The position numbers and the translations under genes are program-made. From Candidatus Latescibacterota bacterium (GTDB lineage Bacteria > Latescibacterota > UBA2968): a DNA stretch of 64,000 nucleotides. The stretch covers positions 5,472,001 to 5,536,000 of the forward strand of contig OZ242195.1 of assembly GCA_965205975.1 (NCBI GenBank), read 5' to 3'. This document shows positions 58,569 through 64,000 of this stretch, piece after piece (the first letter of the stretch is position 1; each line of letters starts with the position of its first letter). The notes under the pieces are model-generated. The model saw only the letters and a program-made list of their open reading frames with translations. It made no database searches and was not told where the DNA came from.

Positions 58569-60011
58569 TCAGTACATATTGTCTTTTGTCGTGACTGGAC
58601 ACCAGCGGGCATTGAATAGGGTGTGGAATAATATATCTCGTGCAGCAGGTGTGCCGATTTGCTGCAATACATAAGTAGCGTAAAAGCGGTTGTAGCGATT
58701 TTCGTCTTCGAGCATTTTTGCCAGTGCTTCAACTGCAGTATCGCCCGATTCTCCAAATTTTGCGAGGGTGAGGGCTGCGTTGCGGCGCACGCGATAGTCT
58801 TTATCACCGAGTGCTTCTGTCAGATCGGAGAGTAGATCTGAGGAGAAATCACCGATTGCACCCAGTGCTTCGATCGCATTGCGGCGCACCCACCAGTGAT
58901 TGTCTTTTATCGCGGTTCTCAAAGCGGGTTGAGATGCAATGGCGTTTGATCCGATATGTCCCAATATATTGGCAGCAACCGCTCGTATCCACCAGTGATT
59001 GTCTGATAATGTTTCTGTGAGGGCGGCGACTGCGGGTTTTCCTATGAATGAGAGGGATAGTGCCGCGCATCCGCTCGTGGGATTTGTTCCATGGGCATTG
59101 TCAGGCGTTTTTGCTTCTGTTTCTTCAATTGTTGCCAGTGTTTCTTCTCGCATGGCGGCGATGAGTTCAGGTACGGCTGCCGCGCCAAACTCGGCGAGTT
59201 TATACGCTGCGTCCAATCGGTCACATTCCGATCCATTCTTTAAGATTGAAATCCAATTTTTCAGATTGCTCTCTGGTGTTTCGCGTTCTTTTTGTGCGTT
59301 TCCGCACATCCAGTTCCATACGTCTTGTGATATGGCTGGATGCCGATCTTCAATGCCCGGGGACCACGCGCGGCTCTGATGATTCCATGTGGGTTTTTGC
59401 GGTTCTTGTGTGCGCGCAAATTGGAATTTCAGCATGTACCGATTTTTAGTGCTTATATTTTCGGTTGCGCGGTGCCAGGAGTCGAAGTGGATTAGAGCTA
59501 CGGTGCCCGCAGGCCCGCAAAATGCGCGTGCTTTTTCTTTTGTTTGTACGGGATCTACATCGCTGATGGTTTTATATATTTGCATGCCGGGCAATACGCC
59601 CGAAGGTCCCATATCCTCAGTTGTGTTCTGTGGAAAATAAAAAGCGAGCACCCAGTAGAATCTCGGGTGCCGCAAATTGTGATCATATACATAACAGTCT
59701 TTATGCCATCGCTGTCCGTTTCGTCCCGGGGGATTCAGGTGGCAATGTCGATGGGGGTTCAAGATGTATCCCGGCCCCAGTAAGCTGGTGAGTGCCCCTT
59801 TTACATTGGGGTGTTCAAACACCTGTCCGATTTGCGGTATGCGGGGCAAGATGTTATTGCCGGGATTGCCTTCTTTTTTAAAGACGGTCTCGATTTGATC
59901 GTGGATATTCGCGTGGAAAGAGGATGGATAATCCGCGTGAACGGTCATGCATCCATCTACGATAAATCGCTGTACCTCTTCATCGGTCAATAACCGCATT
60001 GGATCAGCCAT
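58569..60011 (-). CDS. PhyH-family Fe(II)/2OG dioxygenase fused to HEAT repeats
   Basis: WHKD (HxD) and distal WHR; C-terminal VRRNAIEALG-type HEAT repeats. Confidence 0.85.
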   Translation of the reverse strand: MADPMRLLTDEEVQRFIVDGCMTVHADYPSSFHANIHDQIETVFKKEGNPGNNILPRIPQIGQVFEHPNVKGALTSLLGPGYILNPHRHCHLNPPGRNGQRWHKDCYVYDHNLRHPRFYWVLAFYFPQNTTEDMGPSGVLPGMQIYKTISDVDPVQTKEKARAFCGPAGTVALIHFDSWHRATENISTKNRYMLKFQFARTQEPQKPTWNHQSRAWSPGIEDRHPAISQDVWNWMCGNAQKERETPESNLKNWISILKNGSECDRLDAAYKLAEFGAAAVPELIAAMREETLATIEETEAKTPDNAHGTNPTSGCAALSLSFIGKPAVAALTETLSDNHWWIRAVAANILGHIGSNAIASQPALRTAIKDNHWWVRRNAIEALGAIGDFSSDLLSDLTEALGDKDYRVRRNAALTLAKFGESGDTAVEALAKMLEDENRYNRFYATYVLQQIGTPAARDILFHTLFNARWCPVTTKDNMY

Positions 60012-60020
60012 GGGGCCTCC

Positions 60021-60893
60021 TCAGCTAAAAATTTCCACAAATTTTGCAACGCTCGCCCTGAACCCGTCTTCAAAAGTGCCGCCTTCGGGGCGATAGACGC
60101 TTTCGTAAGAGATCGCGCCCGCATACCCGTCGCGTTTGAGCGCGTTTGCAATGGGTTCCAGGTATGGCGCGACATCGCCTTCGCCCAGGGGATAGAATCC
60201 AACGGTGGCACGCGCAATATCGGTTTTTGCGTCTTTGATGTGAATATGGCCGATATAATCGCGAATTTCGTTGTAGGCATCGGGGAAGGGGATATCCGTA
60301 CAGTACATTGTGTTGGGAATATCCCATAGCAGTTTGAGGTGGGAGCTACCCAATTCGTCGATCAACTTTCGCGCCAGATATCCCGATGTTATCATGGCAT
60401 TATTACCCGTTTCAACGACGAGTGTCACGCCTTCTTCTTCGGCTATTTGAACGGGTACGGCCATCAATTTCACCAGTTTATCCCACGCACCAGCCGTTAC
60501 AATCCAATCTTCTGCGCCGTTGTACCCAAATAGTATCATTTCTTTTTTACAACCCATAATTCTGACAATATTCGTGCCGAGGGTTTTTGCAAGGGCAATG
60601 CACCGCCGCAATCCCGATACATGATCTTCAAATACGGGATCTCCTATCTCGGTTTGCAATACGGGCAAGCCGCCAAAGTTGTGCCGCGAGATACAGGAGA
60701 CTTCCATGTCGTGCTGATCCAGTAGTGCCTTTATGCGCGCCACTTGCTCGAAGTCGTGATCCCCTACTTCTCGATCCCATACAAACTGGAGTTCTGGATA
60801 TTTCAGTTTGTATTCCGCCATGACATTCAATGCGTGTTCAAAATCCCTGCTGATTCCATCTGTAATTACACCGAGTTTCACTGTAAGCTCCAA
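60021..60893 (-). CDS. Sugar phosphate isomerase/epimerase
   Basis: LGVITD, VET, WD..N, HIHIKD, GEGDV and SYE motifs. Confidence 0.85.
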   Translation of the reverse strand: MELTVKLGVITDGISRDFEHALNVMAEYKLKYPELQFVWDREVGDHDFEQVARIKALLDQHDMEVSCISRHNFGGLPVLQTEIGDPVFEDHVSGLRRCIALAKTLGTNIVRIMGCKKEMILFGYNGAEDWIVTAGAWDKLVKLMAVPVQIAEEEGVTLVVETGNNAMITSGYLARKLIDELGSSHLKLLWDIPNTMYCTDIPFPDAYNEIRDYIGHIHIKDAKTDIARATVGFYPLGEGDVAPYLEPIANALKRDGYAGAISYESVYRPEGGTFEDGFRASVAKFVEIFS

Positions 60894-60900
60894 TCTCGTC

Positions 60901-61785
60901 TTACCGTTTTTTCACTTCAATACCCAGCATATCCTCAAAAATTTTGATGATGGCCCAGTTCGCTTCTTCGGGGTTTACGCTGATGCCCGCTTGAAACCAC
61001 TCCGCAGCCGATGAGAGTGTGAAGAGGGGCACGCCACATTCTCGTCCCAGTGTTTTTGCGATTCCGAGGTCTTTGTGCATTGTGCCAATGCGGCTTTGGC
61101 CCGCGAAATTTCGTTCCATAATATTTTGCGTTGTGTCCCGAAATAAAAAGCTGCCGACCACACTCGTGTTGATGACTTCGTACAGGGTCTCGGGTTTTAC
61201 GCCGGCTTTTACGCCCAGTGATAGGGTTTCGAAGATGCCCGCATAGGTGACGCCTGTCAAGACAGCCAGACACGCTTTCACGGTTTGTCCGGCTCCGATT
61301 TCTTCGCCGACGTGGTAGATGTTTTCTCCGACTGCGTTGAGAACTTCTGTCGCGTCCTCAAAAACATTCCGCTGTGCTGCTACCATCATTGTCAGTGTGC
61401 CAGCCGCTGCGCCAGGTGCGCCACCGCTTACCGGGGCGTCTATGACGCGAATCTCTCTCTCTTTTAAGGATTGCGCGATTTCGACTAATTCCGACCGCAA
61501 TATGGTTGCTGTACAGATAAATGTCGATCCCGGTTTCATGCCGTCCAACAAGCCACCGTTTAAGATCGCTTTAATTTGGTCGCCGTTCATGACCATGACG
61601 AACACGAAGTCCGCGTGTTCGCCTACTTCGCCCACATTTTTGGCCGCATAAGCTCCCCGCTCGACATAAGGTTCCAATTGTTCGGGGCGCAAGTCATACA
61701 CGACAAGCTCATGGCCGTTCTTCAAGATGTTCGCAGCCATCCCACTGCCCATATCTCCGACACCGATCAACCCAACACGCGCCAT
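60901..61785 (-). CDS. Beta-hydroxyacid dehydrogenase (3-hydroxyisobutyrate/threonate dehydrogenase family)
   Basis: GLIGVGDMGSGMA, DAPVSGG...A..GTL, G.GQTVK and KDLG motifs. Confidence 0.9.
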   Translation of the reverse strand: MARVGLIGVGDMGSGMAANILKNGHELVVYDLRPEQLEPYVERGAYAAKNVGEVGEHADFVFVMVMNGDQIKAILNGGLLDGMKPGSTFICTATILRSELVEIAQSLKEREIRVIDAPVSGGAPGAAAGTLTMMVAAQRNVFEDATEVLNAVGENIYHVGEEIGAGQTVKACLAVLTGVTYAGIFETLSLGVKAGVKPETLYEVINTSVVGSFLFRDTTQNIMERNFAGQSRIGTMHKDLGIAKTLGRECGVPLFTLSSAAEWFQAGISVNPEEANWAIIKIFEDMLGIEVKKR

Positions 61786-61813
61786 GTTTTTTTCCTTTCC
61801 TGTTACAAGCTAC

Positions 61814-62587
61814 TCAAGATTTTGAAACCCGATCTTTCAACTGATATGCAATCGCGTAAAATGCCATTGAGTTACCCGTGCGATTTGGCTCGCTGCGATG
61901 CCAGGTGTAATTTGTGAAGAAGAGGCCGTCACCCGGTTTCATTTTGACCAGGACTTCATCGGAATAATCGATCTGATTTAGCGGGATGCGGTGGCGCTTA
62001 AACGGTTCATAGATTTCATCGCCATTCACACGGGATTTTCTGAACATCGGCGGGTCGTCGTAATAAGATTCGTGCGGTACGAGTTCCCAGCCGATATGGC
62101 TACGCGGCATGACCGATAATGCGATGGCGTTTTTTCCCACTTCTTGCATCGGGATCCAGCAATTGCACCCCAATTCGGGATCGATTTTCCAGTACCACGA
62201 GTCCTGGTGAAAATAACTGCATCCACCTTGCTCAGTGTCAATCCATCCGTGTTTAACCCCTATCTGATCTGTGAAGAGTTCCACATCGCCGTCCAAAACT
62301 CCCGCCATTGCATTTGCCATATTGCTGTGTTCTGCGACCGTGGCAAATACCTGTTCTTCCAGGCCCGGCCGTTGTATGCCCTTGGGCACTGGATCACCTG
62401 ATGTGGCGCGATATATTTCGGGATTGAGGACTTGAAATCTGCCCTTTTTCCAATCTGGCGGATGATCTATGATTTCCCGTACTCGCGACCAGGCGTTTGC
62501 CATGATTTCAGGGGGGATTAAGCCTTCCACATGGCAGTATCCTTCTTCTCGATACTGTTGGATATGTTGTTCGGTGACTGTGCTCAT
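61814..62587 (-). CDS. PhyH-family Fe(II)/2OG dioxygenase
   Basis: FHQDSWYW, PRSH and WHRSEPN motifs. Confidence 0.9.
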   Translation of the reverse strand: MSTVTEQHIQQYREEGYCHVEGLIPPEIMANAWSRVREIIDHPPDWKKGRFQVLNPEIYRATSGDPVPKGIQRPGLEEQVFATVAEHSNMANAMAGVLDGDVELFTDQIGVKHGWIDTEQGGCSYFHQDSWYWKIDPELGCNCWIPMQEVGKNAIALSVMPRSHIGWELVPHESYYDDPPMFRKSRVNGDEIYEPFKRHRIPLNQIDYSDEVLVKMKPGDGLFFTNYTWHRSEPNRTGNSMAFYAIAYQLKDRVSKS

Positions 62588-62598
62588 TGTTTTTCCTT

Positions 62599-63393
62599 TT
62601 AATCGCTTATCCAGTGTCGGAACAGGGGTTTTGCGTTTTCTGGCAATTCCTCGTAAACCTGGCGGGGTACAGGTTCCTGATCGTTATCGGTCAAGCCGGT
62701 TTCATCCACCATCATTTTGCGCTCTTCAGACCCGGGCATCAATACGCGCGTGTTCAACCACCAGGGGGCATAGCGAACGACAACGGATACCCGATCTTCC
62801 TGGGATTGATTGGGGGCGGTTGCGTGCCATATCCGACTGTCCAGCACGAGGACGCTTCCCGCCGGACCCGTTGCATTCATCTCGGTTGAATAAGGCGCGA
62901 GCGGATCCACGTCTATATTTCCGGTTGGATTATTCGACCATCGGTGGCTGCCCGGCACGATCAATGTGCCGCCATTCTCATGGGTAAAGGGAGATAACAT
63001 CCACAGGGTTGTGATATGCATTACCGCATCTGGATAGGGTGCGAGCACATGCGCGGCGTTGATCTGATTAAACGGCCAGTCTGCATGCCATCTGCCCCGT
63101 GGGTTGTCCCGGCGATTGATGGTTGCTGAGACATAAGACACTTTGACAAAGGAGCCAAAAAGAGCTTCGAGGATAGCCATCAGCCTTGCGTCTGCGAGAT
63201 AGGGCGCGAGGGTCTGGTCATAGCGTATAAATCCCGGCACGTGTCCGATGCCATCTTTTGCGGCCTTCGCTCTGCCGTGTGTCCCGGTCGAATGCCATAC
63301 GTGATCGCGTATTGCATCTACCTCATCTTCTGGGATTACGCCTTCTATTACGGTCCAGCCATCTCTTCGGATTCGGTTTAGATCGGTATTCAT
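62599..63393 (-). CDS. PhyH-family Fe(II)/2OG dioxygenase
   Basis: WHAD, NGGT..VPGSH and WHATAPN motifs; start placed at MNTDL. Confidence 0.9.
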   Translation of the reverse strand: MNTDLNRIRRDGWTVIEGVIPEDEVDAIRDHVWHSTGTHGRAKAAKDGIGHVPGFIRYDQTLAPYLADARLMAILEALFGSFVKVSYVSATINRRDNPRGRWHADWPFNQINAAHVLAPYPDAVMHITTLWMLSPFTHENGGTLIVPGSHRWSNNPTGNIDVDPLAPYSTEMNATGPAGSVLVLDSRIWHATAPNQSQEDRVSVVVRYAPWWLNTRVLMPGSEERKMMVDETGLTDNDQEPVPRQVYEELPENAKPLFRHWISD

Positions 63394-63403
63394 TGCGTGT
63401 CCC

Positions 63404-64000
63404 TCAAACATCAAATATGATGATCTGCCGGGCGACTTCACCTGCGATCAGAGCCTTAAACGCATCGTCAATATCATCTAAGGAAATGTTATGTGAAATC
63501 ATTTCGTCGATCTTGAGGTTGCCCATGAGATACATATCCACATACCGCGGCATATCTACGCGAAAGCGATTGGATCCCATGCTCGATCCCTGAATTTTGC
63601 GCTCGCGCAAAAAGTTGTGTCCTGTAAGTTCAATTTTAACGCCCTGGGGAATCATGCCAATTATCGTGGCGGTGCCGCCTTCTTCGAGCATGTAAAAACA
63701 CTGTTCCGCAGTCTGCTTTAAGCCGACGGCTTCAAAAGAGTTGGCCACGCCTTTTCCGCCGGTCAGATCCATTATTTGCTCAACGGGATCGCCATCGTTG
63801 GCATTGACCAGGTCTGTTGCACCCAATTCTCGGGCCAGTTGCAGTTTGGAAGAGACGGTATCTACTGCAATAATACGCCCTGCGCCACCTATTCGCGCAC
63901 CCTGTACAGCACTCAGGCCAATGCCACCACATCCGACAACGGCAACTGTGCTGCCCGGTTCTACTTTGGCGGTATTGAGCGCGGCGCCAACACCGGTTGT
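63404..64000 (-). CDS. Zn-dependent alcohol dehydrogenase (class III-like), C-terminal part
   Basis: Edge translation TTGVGAALNTAKVEPGSTVAVVGCGGIGLSAVQGARIGGAGRIIAVD continues into the 63404-63826 ORF. Confidence 0.9.
   Translation of the reverse strand, partial: TTGVGAALNTAKVEPGSTVAVVGCGGIGLSAVQGARIGGAGRIIAVDTVSSKLQLARELGATDLVNANDGDPVEQIMDLTGGKGVANSFEAVGLKQTAEQCFYMLEEGGTATIIGMIPQGVKIELTGHNFLRERKIQGSSMGSNRFRVDMPRYVDMYLMGNLKIDEMISHNISLDDIDDAFKALIAGEVARQIIIFDV

Overview
Bacterial chromosomal window of moderate GC with about 55 genes; I found no rRNA, tRNA, CRISPR array or intact transposase. The left third is largely housekeeping: a truncated lipoprotein serpin, a B12 radical SAM enzyme, trxA, holA, an RND efflux system, folP-ftsH-tilS, and a TlpA plus beta-barrel pair. 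The rest is accessory catabolism (four sulfatases, four Gfo/Idh/MocA oxidoreductases, three PhyH-type dioxygenases, a frameshifted heparinase II/III-like lyase, sugar isomerases), interleaved with defence/TA genes, TA relics and several dispersed intergenic repeat families. This mix resembles sponge-associated Latescibacterota/Gemmatimonadota/Poribacteria-type genomes (inference only). The two most unusual observations are (1) a tandem pair of paralogous secreted-domain/TM/CutA fusion proteins with complementary loss of CutA motifs (34776-36151), and (2) an apparently self-contained sigma54 circuit: GAF histidine kinase, NtrC-type activator, tandem TGCA-N10-TGCA sites and a consensus -24/-12 promoter upstream of a CDP-alcohol phosphotransferase and a flippase-like protein (39922-45637). 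All family assignments come from motif recognition by eye, not database searches.
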